In this document: positions 48,429-58,197 of the stretch, one piece after another | Layout of the letters: every line of letters starts with the position of its first letter | Numbering within the stretch: the first letter of the stretch is position 1 | NCBI GenBank assembly: GCA_034178815.1 | Contig: JAXFQS010000084.1 | Location: forward strand, 2,112-66,111 | Direction of reading: 5' to 3' | Length of the DNA stretch: 64,000 nt | Origin: Kiritimatiellia bacterium | GTDB lineage: Bacteria; Verrucomicrobiota; Kiritimatiellia; RFP12; DVOR01 | Translations under genes and position numbers: made by a program | Notes under the pieces: model-generated | The model's input: the letters and a program-made list of their open reading frames with translations, nothing else | Told to the model about the DNA's origin: nothing | The model's database searches: none

Positions 48429-49462
48429 TTGAGAACTCCTCCCCCGGCCACCGTCGCGAACGACCCGTTCATGCGCCAGGCAGGCGGGTTGGGCGAGCAT
48501 TCGAGATCCAGAAGGCGAACCCCGAAGACCCCCTCCGTGCTGGGTTTCTCCGCCGTCAAAGGCGCGACCGAGGCGTTCAGTCGGGGAGTCGCGACCCGCC
48601 CCCAAATATCCTCCCCGATCTGAACCAACAAGAGATTCGCCGTAAAGGTGCCCGACGGTGTGGATACTTCGCACGGTGCCATCAGAACCGCGCCATCGTT
48701 GACAATCGAGGGGCGGATGCGCTGCTTGCAGAGTCGGTCGGAGCAGAGATAGATGTCTGCCGAAAGCCCTTGAATCGCCCCCAGCCGACGCCCCGGGCAG
48801 ACCAGTTGAAGCCCGTCGCCCAGCCAGATTTCCTGCCGCATCACGCGCCCGGAGGGGCGCATCAGATGGATGCCGAGAAGGAGTCCCGCCGCCGCTAGAA
48901 GCACTAGGCAACTCTTTCCGATCGCGCGCGCTGCCGGAGTTTGGAGCAACCCGCCAAGATAGATGCGTGCATAGTGCAGGCGGGACTTGACGGTGCCTTC
49001 CGGGATAGAGAGGATTTTGGCAATCCGCGCCACCGGGATGTCCATAAAATAGTGCATCAGGATGGCTTCGCGCATCTCTTTCGGAAGCGAGTCGATGCTC
49101 TTGCGCAAGGTTTCCGCGTCCAGGCCTTGGCCCAACCGATTGGTGCTTTCCGTATCGGTCGATTCGGGCGGGGAGTCGGTCACCACCATCCTCTTGAAGG
49201 CCTGCGTGCGCACCATCTGGAGGTGAAAGTTCCGCAGAATAGCCGAGAGCCAGGCGTAGAAGGAGTCGGCAGAGCGGCAGGTATCGATTCGTTCGATTGC
49301 CCGCTCGAAGGTACGGAACACCAAGTCCTCCGCCGTGTGCGCGTCCACCCCGAAAGCGCGGGCTTCGGCCTTGAGACGGGTGCGGTACCGCGCCACCATC
49401 AGACGCGCCCCGCGCTCCGCATCGGTGCGTATCGCCAAGAGTATATCGTCCGTATCTTCCAT
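48425..49462 (-). CDS. ECF (sigma-70 family) sigma factor fused to a C-terminal transmembrane helix and approx. 135-aa extracytoplasmic domain
   Basis: region 2 (FERAIERIDTCRSADSFYAWLSAILRNF) and region 4 (LPKEMREAILMHYFMDIPVARIAKILSIPEGTVKSRLHYAR), then TM SCLVLLAAAGLLLGIHLM, then non-cytoplasmic tail. Confidence 0.6.
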   Translation of the reverse strand: MEDTDDILLAIRTDAERGARLMVARYRTRLKAEARAFGVDAHTAEDLVFRTFERAIERIDTCRSADSFYAWLSAILRNFHLQMVRTQAFKRMVVTDSPPESTDTESTNRLGQGLDAETLRKSIDSLPKEMREAILMHYFMDIPVARIAKILSIPEGTVKSRLHYARIYLGGLLQTPAARAIGKSCLVLLAAAGLLLGIHLMRPSGRVMRQEIWLGDGLQLVCPGRRLGAIQGLSADIYLCSDRLCKQRIRPSIVNDGAVLMAPCEVSTPSGTFTANLLLVQIGEDIWGRVATPRLNASVAPLTAEKPSTEGVFGVRLLDLECSPNPPAWRMNGSFATVAGGGVLK

Positions 49463-49464
49463 AA

Positions 49465-51879
49465 CTAGAGGTTGATTTCGTTGACCCCCGCAGATAGGTT
49501 CCTCACGAGCCCATTCCAACGTAGCACCGCCGGCAGCCCGTCGGGCACCACCACGCGACCGGAAAGTTTAGTCCCCTCGAAATGCAAGTCGCAGACGAGT
49601 TTCCCCTTCGGGTGCGGAAAGGTCGAACGAATCCACTTCAATGGGCCCGGCTGGGGCGCAATCTCGACCGACGAAAAACCGTATTCCGTCGGGCGAATCC
49701 CACACAGCAGCGTCTGGAAATGGAACGCTGGATGCGCCGACCAGGCATGGCAGTCGCTCCGCGTCCCAAGCCAACCTTCCTCCGGCGTCGTCGCGAATCC
49801 GTACGCCACCGCCTCACGCCAGATGCCTAGCCGTTTCAGGAACAAATCGGGACGCCCCACGGCCTTGTAGGCCGAAAACAGATAGTGGGAAAAATAGATG
49901 CCCGTGCGTACCAGCCCACCCCCTTCGCGCGTAGCATTCGCCTCCAGCGCCGACACCACTCGGGGCAACTGGTTCGTATCAAACGCCCCGACGAGAATCC
50001 CCAGAGCCTGCGCATGCTCGGTAAAGACCTGTCCCCCTGGATCATCGGCTATCAACCCCCTTGCTTCGTTCCAAAACCGCCGCATCACGCCTTGCACGCA
50101 ACGCGCAGAATGCTTGCGAAGTCCCGCCGCAAAATCCAGGTTTCCCGCCGCTGCCTCCGCATCCGCCGCCCTCAGTAGCGCCAACGCCCAATGCAAAGTG
50201 ATGGGTGCCGTCAGCCTCGGAGTCTTGCCCTGAATATGCCCCCAATCTAGAAAACACCACCCCGGAAGATACTCGAGAATTCCCTCCGCATTCTCGTACT
50301 GCTCAATCGCAGCAAGCGTATGACGCATCCCCGGAAGCATCTTCCGAAGACCCGGCAAATCGTCACGCCACAGGGCATAATCTCCCACCGCCATCGGTAG
50401 ACAGATAGAATAGGTTCCCGACTCCTGAAGGCGCCTGCTGGGGGTATTCATAGGCAGGAATCCGTCCCGGAAGCGCGAATCGTCGAAGAGCCCGATAGCC
50501 CTTCTCACGAGGCGGGCGTCTGGCGTCATCGCGGCCGAGACAAGCCAATCAACCCGGCTGTCTCCGCCGTACATCTGCTGTTCAATGAAAGGGCAGTCGA
50601 AGAACATCTCGTGGGAACACATCTCCATCGCCCGATTGCAGATTCGGTTGATCTGCGCGAGTTGGGAATCGCTTGCCTCGAAGGCATTCTCCGCATCGGC
50701 AGGGTAGCGCGTCTCCTCTAGGACAAGACGCTTCAAAGTGAGCGGATCATCGGCTGTTTCAACCGTCAGCACGCTCCACCTTCCGCAGCGCCACCAAGGC
50801 GTAGTGAAGGAGGCGTCCTGTCTACCGTCTGGAAGAAAGGTGTCTTGGAAAAGCCCCGGCACAATCTTGCCCTCTCGCTGGTTCCTGCGCCCCTTCTGCC
50901 CCGCCACCTTGTCGCTTTGGCCGTCCGGAATCACGAGCGATTCGGTCCAGCCCCAAGCAATCTTCGCGCCCTTCCCGCCTCCGACATGGAGTTGGGGATA
51001 GAAGCAGAAGTAGTTGCCCAAGTCAATCACGAACTGCCGTTTGGAGTGGGCGGGAACGACCAGCAGAGCATCCTTCGAAAGGAGTTCGTCAAAGCCTTTG
51101 TCTCCCGAGATTCCAACGCGCCGCCGCGCGGCGAGCTGGTCAGGGATATCGGTCGGCCAAAGGCGCAGATCGCGCTCTTTGCGTACGCCGCAAGCGTGCC
51201 GTTTGGGTATTGGAGTTGCAACGATGGAGGGAGTATACAGTTTTTCGGGGAGTGCGTCAAGAAAAGAGGTTCCGGTGATTTGGACTTGGTGTCCGCCGCC
51301 CCAACTGCCGCCGCCGGGACCGCACGCCTCCATGGTGGAAAGGAGTCCGCATTTCCAGGCGCCTCGGCCTGTGGTGAGAAGCGGGTCGTAACTACCGGAT
51401 GCCTTGAGGATGAGGCGGGCGCGGCCGGAACTCAGCTGCGCCAACGGGGCGGCCTCACCCATTTGGGTGACAATAACTTTGAGGTTGTGCCGCCCTGGAT
51501 CGAGGTCGATGCGATAACTCTGGTAGAACCAGCGCGCGGGGGTGCCTCTATGCGGTCCACGGGCGAGGAGTCTGCCGTCGAGGAAGAGCCAAAAGCGCTC
51601 ATCCGCGGAGATGTCGATTTCCAGCGGTTCGTCGCCTTGTCGGTCGAAATCGCAGGTATAGTATTCGACATTGACCTTGCGGTGGCGCGGGGCGGGGCCA
51701 TTGGCGGCAATCCACCTTGCCTGGTCGATGGGGGTCATCGCGACGAGGTTGACATTGCCGGGAATGGGCGGCGGATCGCGGAAGATCTGTTCGACTTTAT
51801 TGGCAAAGCCCCCCGTCGCGAGGATGGCGAAAAGGGTAGCGGGGAGCAGGCGGTCAAAGCGGGGGAGTCCGGGTTGCAT
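49465..51879 (-). CDS. secreted alpha-L-rhamnosidase-like glycoside hydrolase (GH78 family, six-hairpin catalytic domain)
   Basis: signal peptide MQPGLPRFDRLLPATLFAILATGGFA; N-terminal beta-sandwich domains; C-terminal (alpha/alpha)6 region (DCPFIEQQMYGGD, WALALL, EEGW); start at internal Met. Confidence 0.55.
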   Translation of the reverse strand: MQPGLPRFDRLLPATLFAILATGGFANKVEQIFRDPPPIPGNVNLVAMTPIDQARWIAANGPAPRHRKVNVEYYTCDFDRQGDEPLEIDISADERFWLFLDGRLLARGPHRGTPARWFYQSYRIDLDPGRHNLKVIVTQMGEAAPLAQLSSGRARLILKASGSYDPLLTTGRGAWKCGLLSTMEACGPGGGSWGGGHQVQITGTSFLDALPEKLYTPSIVATPIPKRHACGVRKERDLRLWPTDIPDQLAARRRVGISGDKGFDELLSKDALLVVPAHSKRQFVIDLGNYFCFYPQLHVGGGKGAKIAWGWTESLVIPDGQSDKVAGQKGRRNQREGKIVPGLFQDTFLPDGRQDASFTTPWWRCGRWSVLTVETADDPLTLKRLVLEETRYPADAENAFEASDSQLAQINRICNRAMEMCSHEMFFDCPFIEQQMYGGDSRVDWLVSAAMTPDARLVRRAIGLFDDSRFRDGFLPMNTPSRRLQESGTYSICLPMAVGDYALWRDDLPGLRKMLPGMRHTLAAIEQYENAEGILEYLPGWCFLDWGHIQGKTPRLTAPITLHWALALLRAADAEAAAGNLDFAAGLRKHSARCVQGVMRRFWNEARGLIADDPGGQVFTEHAQALGILVGAFDTNQLPRVVSALEANATREGGGLVRTGIYFSHYLFSAYKAVGRPDLFLKRLGIWREAVAYGFATTPEEGWLGTRSDCHAWSAHPAFHFQTLLCGIRPTEYGFSSVEIAPQPGPLKWIRSTFPHPKGKLVCDLHFEGTKLSGRVVVPDGLPAVLRWNGLVRNLSAGVNEINL

Positions 51880-51925
51880 ACACTCTATTAGATGCGCCGG
51901 GACGCCTTTGGGTTCACCGCCCAAT

Positions 51926-53842
51926 CTAGTAAATGAGGATTCCGGAGGGGAGTCGGCAGTCTCTTCCGAGCACTTCGATTTCGCTGAAGGTCGAGCAGGT
52001 GGAGTCGAGCACGCCGAAGGCAATCCGGATGGCTGTCGCGCGGGTGAACATAAAGTCGCCGCCGGGGGCGCTGATTTCTGCCTTGAGGGCCCCCGAACTC
52101 GTCGCATCGTCGACGCCTACGGTGTAGGCCTGAACCGTATCGACGCGTCTAAAGAAGTCCTCTCCTTCGTAGCGGACATAGAGGGTGTCGATTGCGATGC
52201 CATCTCGTAAAGCGTTGTAGAAGTAGGTCCAAAAGCGCAATCCGCTGATGTCTTTCGGGGATGCGAAGGTGCATTCGGCGACTGCGTAGCTGCCAATCGG
52301 GTAGATGGCACCGACAAGGTTTTTATCGCCTTTGACGATTCCGTTGGTCAACACGCTCACATCGTTTGTGCAGCCGTAGAGGGAGTTGTGAACCTCATTG
52401 GTGATGAAGGTGAAGGTACTCTCCTTGTGGCGCAGGAGATTACCGGCGGCGGGCAGGAGGATTTCCGAGGAGGAATCCCAATCGGTCGCGCGCCAGTCGT
52501 ACTTCGGCGCGAGGAATCGGGTGGCGCGAACTTCCATCAGTCCGGCGCCGGAGTTGTCGGCTCTGCCGAAGGCGACGCAGAAGGCTTTGGCCATTGGCGC
52601 GAGCGGAGCGGTGGGATCCGGGCAGTAGGCGCGAAGGAGATAACACTTGTCGGAAGCGTTGTTGTCCAACCCAACCGAGACTGGGTCTAGGGCGATGGTG
52701 TGCCAGGCGTCGTCGGCCGTCTGGTAGGAGAGCGAAACGATTTCGACGCCGTCTCTTCCGCCGTCGCTCCAGCGGGTGTACAATTCGAACGAGCCGATGT
52801 CCTGCGGGTAGGGTAGCGTGAAGGTCAAGGAGCCGTTGTCGCCCATTCCGTAGAAGGCGGCGGTGTTATTGTTTGCGCAGACATTGTCGACCAGCGCGGC
52901 CAGATCGCTATGGGTCGCCACGGCATCCGCGACCGTGCCTTGTTCGCCGGAGACGGTGGCGCCCTCTTGCGCGAAGAGGTTCAACTCCTTCAGTTTCGGC
53001 TTGACGGCCGACTCGGTCCAAACGCTGGTCTCCCAGTAGGGGGTGCCTTTGGGGACATAGACGGGCTTGACGATGGTGTCGCCAATGATGGTGGTCAGAT
53101 CGGTATCCCACTTGAGAAAAACCTGACCGTCGACCGCCGGAGGTTCCGGCGCCAAGGTGGTGACATCGCTGCCGGATTCGACTTCGTCCAAGGTCTTGAT
53201 GGTCTGACCGTCCTGGTCGAGGAAGGTGACGGTATAGGTGGAGGCAACGCTCACCGAGCCGATGACCTCAACTTCGACCAGCGTAGTGCCATTGTTGTGC
53301 ATCGTGCCGAAGGTCACCACCAGCCGCTCGGCATCCGTTGCAAAGTTCGAACCATCGGTATTGGCTAGATTGTACCAGTACCCATTCTTGCCCGACGGCT
53401 TGTTCTCGTAGGGAGCGCTCAAAATTGGCTTGGAATTCCCACTCGAGACGGCTTCAATCGAGTTGACCTGAATGCCGACGCGCCCCTTAGAGCCGTAAAT
53501 CCAAAAACGCAAGCGGGAGAGATTCGCCTTGCCCGGAAAAATAATCGTCATCACCGCATTGTCGCCGACCGAATAGGCTAGCCCCGCTGCAGCACCTTTG
53601 GGAATCACCCCATTGTTCAAGACCGAAGCATCACCCAGCGTAGCCGCCGCCCAGGCCCCCTCATTGCCCGAAAAAGAGAGTACCGTTCCTGCCGCGAGCA
53701 TCAAATTGCCCTCCTCCGCGCTCGTCGCCGTCGTGGCGGAAGTGAATGTGCCGTCTGTCCAGACAGGATCAGCAAAAACCGGCAACGCGAAAAACAGGCA
53801 GACCATCAGTCGCAATCGTTTCATAATGAACCTCCGTGTCAA
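51926..53842 (-). CDS. secreted protein with three tandem approx. 180-aa beta-sandwich repeats (carbohydrate-binding-module-like, discoidin/F5-8 type C-like)
   Basis: signal peptide MKRLRLMVCLFFALPVFA; repeated pattern SRLRFWIYG...EVEVIG / GSFELYTRW...MEVRA / SGLRFWTYF...EIEVLG. Confidence 0.4.
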   Translation of the reverse strand: MTRRFIMKRLRLMVCLFFALPVFADPVWTDGTFTSATTATSAEEGNLMLAAGTVLSFSGNEGAWAAATLGDASVLNNGVIPKGAAAGLAYSVGDNAVMTIIFPGKANLSRLRFWIYGSKGRVGIQVNSIEAVSSGNSKPILSAPYENKPSGKNGYWYNLANTDGSNFATDAERLVVTFGTMHNNGTTLVEVEVIGSVSVASTYTVTFLDQDGQTIKTLDEVESGSDVTTLAPEPPAVDGQVFLKWDTDLTTIIGDTIVKPVYVPKGTPYWETSVWTESAVKPKLKELNLFAQEGATVSGEQGTVADAVATHSDLAALVDNVCANNNTAAFYGMGDNGSLTFTLPYPQDIGSFELYTRWSDGGRDGVEIVSLSYQTADDAWHTIALDPVSVGLDNNASDKCYLLRAYCPDPTAPLAPMAKAFCVAFGRADNSGAGLMEVRATRFLAPKYDWRATDWDSSSEILLPAAGNLLRHKESTFTFITNEVHNSLYGCTNDVSVLTNGIVKGDKNLVGAIYPIGSYAVAECTFASPKDISGLRFWTYFYNALRDGIAIDTLYVRYEGEDFFRRVDTVQAYTVGVDDATSSGALKAEISAPGGDFMFTRATAIRIAFGVLDSTCSTFSEIEVLGRDCRLPSGILIY

Positions 53843-54120
53843 AACTTAAGCCTCTAAGATTTAAAGATGCGCCCAATCAAAACCTAGTTCAAACAAAATT
53901 CACAAAATCAGCCACAACTGCTCCATCCCGCCCTCCAATGGCGCAAAAGATTCCTACCCCCGCCCCCAAAAGGAATCTATCACCGCAAACCTTTTCCAAA
54001 TACCCCTTACCCCCGTAGGTGTCAACCAACGCCAGCCACTCAAAAATACCATCTCAAAAGAGGCGGAAAACGCCAATCGCCACGCCCTTCCTGCTCAACA
54101 TCCGCCCCGCCAAACACCAG

Positions 54121-54158
54121 AACAAAAAAAAGGCGCGACCAAAAATGGCCGCGCCTCA
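54121..54158 (-). terminator. rho-independent terminator of proB operon (10-bp stem, U8)
   Basis: minus-strand RNA AGGCGCGGCC-auuuuu-GGUCGCGCCU-UUUUUUUU immediately downstream of proB stop. Confidence 0.7.
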
Positions 54159-54184
54159 AACACCTTTCGATATGGCAGATAGGC

Positions 54185-55003
54185 TCAGAACGGAGCCGAG
54201 AGAATCAAAGTACCCTCATCCTCCCCCGCCACGATTCGCGTCAGCACATTACGATTCCGCCCCCCCGCGATAACCACGCTTGAGCCTGCCTTGACGGCAA
54301 TCCCAGCCGACTTGAGTTTAGAATCCATTCCCCCCTTCGAAAGCGCATTCTTGATCGGACAGACCAGTTTGAACGCACTGCTGTCCAACTTCTCAATCAA
54401 GGGAATTCGCATCGGCGATTTCGCACTCATATCGAGCAGACCGTCGACCGTGCTGAGAATGCACAACAGGTCGGCCCGCGTTAGTTTCGTCACCAAAGCA
54501 GCCAAATAATCATTGTCGCCGAAAGACATCCCCGCCTTCAACTCCTCGTCGGCAACCACATCATTCTCGTTCACGATTGGCACCACTCCCGCCCGAAGCA
54601 AATGGTCGAAAGTGCGCCGCGCATTGGCCAAACGCAAACGATTCTGGAAGTCCGCGTGCGTCAACAAAACCTGCCCAATGTTGACCTTCCGGGCGAGAAA
54701 CAACTGCTCGTACTGCGCAATCAGCCGTGCCTGCCCCACGGCCGCGCACATTTGCTGATCCGAGAGCAGCGTCGGCCGCTCTTTGATCCCCAACGCTTCC
54801 ATTCCCGCGGCCACCGCGCCGGAAGAGACAAGAATCACATCATAGCCCTTCTCCCGCAACTTCGCTACCTGGTCCGCAAGGCTGGTCAAATACTTCAGTT
54901 CCGGGCACCCGCTCTTCGAGACGATCACCCGAGAACCAACCTTGACGACAATACGACGGGACTCTGAAAGAATCTCCCGATAACGCTTTTCTGATAGATC
55001 CAT
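54185..55003 (-). CDS. proB: glutamate 5-kinase (short form without PUA domain)
   Basis: RIVVKVGS, amino-acid kinase fold motifs (VILVSSGAVAAG, GDNDYLAALV), approx. 272 aa. Confidence 0.85.
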   Translation of the reverse strand: MDLSEKRYREILSESRRIVVKVGSRVIVSKSGCPELKYLTSLADQVAKLREKGYDVILVSSGAVAAGMEALGIKERPTLLSDQQMCAAVGQARLIAQYEQLFLARKVNIGQVLLTHADFQNRLRLANARRTFDHLLRAGVVPIVNENDVVADEELKAGMSFGDNDYLAALVTKLTRADLLCILSTVDGLLDMSAKSPMRIPLIEKLDSSAFKLVCPIKNALSKGGMDSKLKSAGIAVKAGSSVVIAGGRNRNVLTRIVAGEDEGTLILSAPF

Positions 55004-55010
55004 AGTTTGA

Positions 55011-56486
55011 TTAGGCACTGTAAGTGGTGGAGGTCGTGCTCCCGCCCGTAGCCGTCCAAATGTGGTGGAAAAACTCGCCCCTAGGAGCATCCGTGCGCTC
55101 GAAAGTGTGCGCTCCGAAGTAATCCCGCTGGGCCTGAAGCAGATTTGCCGGCAGGCGCGCGCTGCGGTAGGAATCATAGTAGTTCAACGCAGTCGACATC
55201 GCCGGCACGGGAATCCCCCACTCCACCGCGCACTTGACCACATTCCGCCAAGCAGCCTGCCCCTGCGAGAGAATCCTGCTGAAATAGCCGTCCAAAAGAA
55301 GGTTCGGCAGAGCCGGATCCTTCTCGAACGCCGCCTTGATTTCACCTAGAAAACGCGCCCGGATGATACACCCTGCACGCCACACCAGTGCGATTTCCCC
55401 GTAGTTCAACTCCCACTTGTACTCCTCCGCCGCCGCGCGTAGCAGTTGGAACCCTTGCGCGTAAGAGCAGATTTTGGATGCGTAGACAGCTTTCTCCAAA
55501 TCCCTTACAAACTCCGAGACCCCAACCTTAGCAGCAACGCGTCTCGGTCCTGCCAACCGTTTGGACGCCTCCACTCGTTCCTCTTTGATTGCGGAAAGGC
55601 ACCGGGCGAAGACCGCCGCGGCAATCTGCGGAATCCCGACGCCCAAATCAAGTCCCGCCTGACTCGTCCACTTCCCCGTTCCCTTCTGCCCGGCCGTGTC
55701 CAGAATGACATCCACCATCGGCTTGCCGGTCTGCGCATCCTTTTGCTTGAGGATTTCCTGGGTAATGTCAATCAGATAACTGTCGAGTTTGCCCCTGTTC
55801 CAGCGCGCAAAGACCTTCTGCATGGCCTTGACATCCAGCCCGAGCCCCCTCGCCATCAGGTCGTACGCCTCGCAAACCAACTGCATGTCGCCGTACTCAA
55901 TGCCATTGTGGACCATCTTGACAAAATGTCCCGCGCCATCGGCGCCCATCCACGCGCAACAAGGCGAGCCGTCGGGCGCTTTGGCGGCAATGGACTGGAA
56001 GATTCGGCGGATGGACGGCCACGCTTTCTTGTCGCCCCCCGGCATGATTGCAGGCCCCAGCAAAGCCCCTTCCTCGCCGCCAGAGACCCCCGAACCGACA
56101 AACCGGATGCCCTTCTCGGCAAGCGCCTTCGCCCGACGAATCGTGTCGGGATAGTGGGTGTTTCCGCCGTCGATCAGAATGTCGCCCTTCTCCAACTCCG
56201 GGAGCAACGACTCGATGGTCGCGTCCACCGCCGCGCCAGCCTTCACCATCATCATAATGCGCCGAGGCTTGGCGAGGGAAGCAACGAATTCCTTGACAGA
56301 GTGGCAAGGAATGACCCTCTTTCCTTTGCCCCTTCCCTGGACAAAGGTGTCCACCTTCGAGACCGTTCGGTTGAAAACCGCGACCGTGAAACCATGGCGC
56401 TCCATGTTCAAGACAAGGTTTTCCCCCATGACCGCGAGGCCTATCAAACCGATGTCGGCAAGGGATTTCTTTGCAGGCTTTTTCAT
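55011..56486 (-). CDS. gnd: 6-phosphogluconate dehydrogenase, decarboxylating
   Basis: Rossmann N-terminus IGLIGLAVMGENLVLN, GSGVSGGEEGA, conserved C-terminal dimerisation domain. Confidence 0.9.
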   Translation of the reverse strand: MKKPAKKSLADIGLIGLAVMGENLVLNMERHGFTVAVFNRTVSKVDTFVQGRGKGKRVIPCHSVKEFVASLAKPRRIMMMVKAGAAVDATIESLLPELEKGDILIDGGNTHYPDTIRRAKALAEKGIRFVGSGVSGGEEGALLGPAIMPGGDKKAWPSIRRIFQSIAAKAPDGSPCCAWMGADGAGHFVKMVHNGIEYGDMQLVCEAYDLMARGLGLDVKAMQKVFARWNRGKLDSYLIDITQEILKQKDAQTGKPMVDVILDTAGQKGTGKWTSQAGLDLGVGIPQIAAAVFARCLSAIKEERVEASKRLAGPRRVAAKVGVSEFVRDLEKAVYASKICSYAQGFQLLRAAAEEYKWELNYGEIALVWRAGCIIRARFLGEIKAAFEKDPALPNLLLDGYFSRILSQGQAAWRNVVKCAVEWGIPVPAMSTALNYYDSYRSARLPANLLQAQRDYFGAHTFERTDAPRGEFFHHIWTATGGSTTSTTYSA

Positions 56487-56521
56487 CCTTGGATACTCCT
56501 TCTGCGGAAGTCAATCAAATG

Positions 56522-57376
56522 TCAGACTCCTGAATAGGCAGCAAATCCGCCATCAATCGGAATGACCGTGCCGGTCACGAACCCGGCGGCCTCATTGGAA
56601 ACCAGCCAAAGGAGCGCCCCCAGCAAATCCTGCGGCTCGCCGAACTTGCCCATAGGAGTGTGCGCGATGATTTTGTCCGCCCTCGGAGTGAGCGAACCGT
56701 CAGGGTTGGTGAGCAAGGCGCGATTCTGGTCAGTGAGGAAAAACCCCGGGGCAATGGCGTTGACACGAATGCCAACCTTTGAAAAGTGGACGGCGAGCCA
56801 TTGGGTGAAATTGCTGACGGCCGCCTTGGCGCCGGAATAGGCCGGAATCTTGGTCAGCGGACGGAACGCATTCATCGAAGAAATGTTGACAATGCAGCCT
56901 TTGCCCCGCGTGGCCATCTGCCGCGTAAAGACCTGCGTGGGCAAGAGCGTTCCGAGAAAATTGAGGTTAAAGGTGAACTCGATTCCCTTGGGGTCAAGTT
57001 CGTAAAAAGAAACGGTCTCCCGGGGAACACCGGAAAGATCCGCCGGCTCCAGATACTCCTTTGCCGTGGTGCCATTAGGATGATTCCCGCCGGCGCCGTT
57101 GAGCAGAAGCGTGACAGGTCCGAGTTCGGCTTCAATGCGGGCATTTGCCTCTTCGAGACTCCCCCGGTCGAGCACATTGCACGCAACGGCGAGAGCCTTC
57201 CCACCTGCCTGGCGGATTGCTTCAACAGTCTTCTCCGCTGCCTCTGGCTTGAGGTCTGCGACAGCAACCGCCGCGCCACATTCGGCCAAAGCCTTGGCCA
57301 TTGCACGGCACAAGACACCACCGCCGCCGGTGACTACGGCGACCTCTCTTGAAAGGTCAACTTTGAAGGGAACCAT
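56522..57376 (-). CDS. SDR-family NAD(P)-dependent oxidoreductase (sugar-acid/polyol dehydrogenase-like)
   Basis: TGGGGVLC (TGxxxGxG), NGAG, catalytic S...YSGAKAA (YxxxK). Confidence 0.8.
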   Translation of the reverse strand: MVPFKVDLSREVAVVTGGGGVLCRAMAKALAECGAAVAVADLKPEAAEKTVEAIRQAGGKALAVACNVLDRGSLEEANARIEAELGPVTLLLNGAGGNHPNGTTAKEYLEPADLSGVPRETVSFYELDPKGIEFTFNLNFLGTLLPTQVFTRQMATRGKGCIVNISSMNAFRPLTKIPAYSGAKAAVSNFTQWLAVHFSKVGIRVNAIAPGFFLTDQNRALLTNPDGSLTPRADKIIAHTPMGKFGEPQDLLGALLWLVSNEAAGFVTGTVIPIDGGFAAYSGV

Positions 57377-57380
57377 TTGC

Positions 57381-57887
57381 CTACTCCTCATTTTGGGGAA
57401 TGCCACGCACGGCAACCAGCCGCACCTCGGAATCCTCCAAACGATTCAAATCCCGCTCTAGGCGAATGTCTATCGTCCCGGGCGGAAAGACATCCCCAGC
57501 CCGCTCTGGCCACTCGACGGCAATGATTGCACGGCGTTCGAGCAAATCGTCGAACCCGATATCCTCCAGCAGCGTCCCTTCGGCCATTCGATAGAGGTCG
57601 AGATGCGCGAAGACGCCCCCATCGGGGAGCGGATACTCCTGCACCAGCGCGAAGGTTGGACTGGTCACGGGGCGTGTCACCCCCAACGCCCGTGCGAGAG
57701 CCTGAACGAAGGTGGTTTTCCCCGCACCAAGGTTGCCGTGGAGACGCATGACGCTCCCCGCCGCCAAGGCTGGAGCCAAGCGCGCGGCCAAGCGCGCGGT
57801 CTCGGCGGGCGAAGCGCAGATCTCAGTCCACTCGTTCAACAATGATTTCCGGGTCGACGGTCTGGCGCAGGTGGGCCTGGACGCCAT
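57381..57887 (-). CDS. tsaE: tRNA threonylcarbamoyladenosine biosynthesis protein TsaE (P-loop ATPase)
   Basis: Walker A GNLGAGKTTF, SPTFALVQEY, HLDLYR; true start probably downstream of 57887 because ORF 5' end overlaps nfu. Confidence 0.7.
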   Translation of the reverse strand: MASRPTCARPSTRKSLLNEWTEICASPAETARLAARLAPALAAGSVMRLHGNLGAGKTTFVQALARALGVTRPVTSPTFALVQEYPLPDGGVFAHLDLYRMAEGTLLEDIGFDDLLERRAIIAVEWPERAGDVFPPGTIDIRLERDLNRLEDSEVRLVAVRGIPQNEE

Positions 57888-58053
57888 CGCGCAGGGTCAT
57901 GGCGGCGTGGGGACAGCACCCGCAGGCACCGCGCAGGCGCACCAGCACATTCTTTCCTTCGATGGAGACCAGTTCCAGATCGCCGCCGTCGTTCTGAAGC
58001 ATCTGGCGGACATTGTCGAGTTCGGCGCGGAGCGCCTGTTCATCAAGAGGCAT
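57823..58053 (-). CDS. NifU-like (Nfu) Fe-S cluster scaffold domain protein
   Basis: approx. 77 aa, CxxC motif GACGCCPHAAMTL. Confidence 0.7.
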   Translation of the reverse strand: MPLDEQALRAELDNVRQMLQNDGGDLELVSIEGKNVLVRLRGACGCCPHAAMTLRDGVQAHLRQTVDPEIIVERVD

Positions 58054-58157
58054 AACACAATCCTTCCGTTTTCGGCACGGGTCAACGGCGCTCATTATAC
58101 TCTAAACTGTCCCCCGACTCAAGCCTTTATCGGCGCGCGCGCCGAGAGGGTGTCTGG

Positions 58158-58197
58158 ATAAAAAAATGAGCGGTTCTGGGGGGGCAGAACCGCTCAA
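58158..58197 (-). terminator. strong hairpin (11-bp stem, G7 loop) followed by U7 on minus strand, upstream of nfu; candidate attenuator/riboswitch expression platform or sRNA terminator
   Basis: minus-strand RNA GAGCGGUUCUG-ccccccc-CAGAACCGCUC-AUUUUUUU. Confidence 0.45.
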
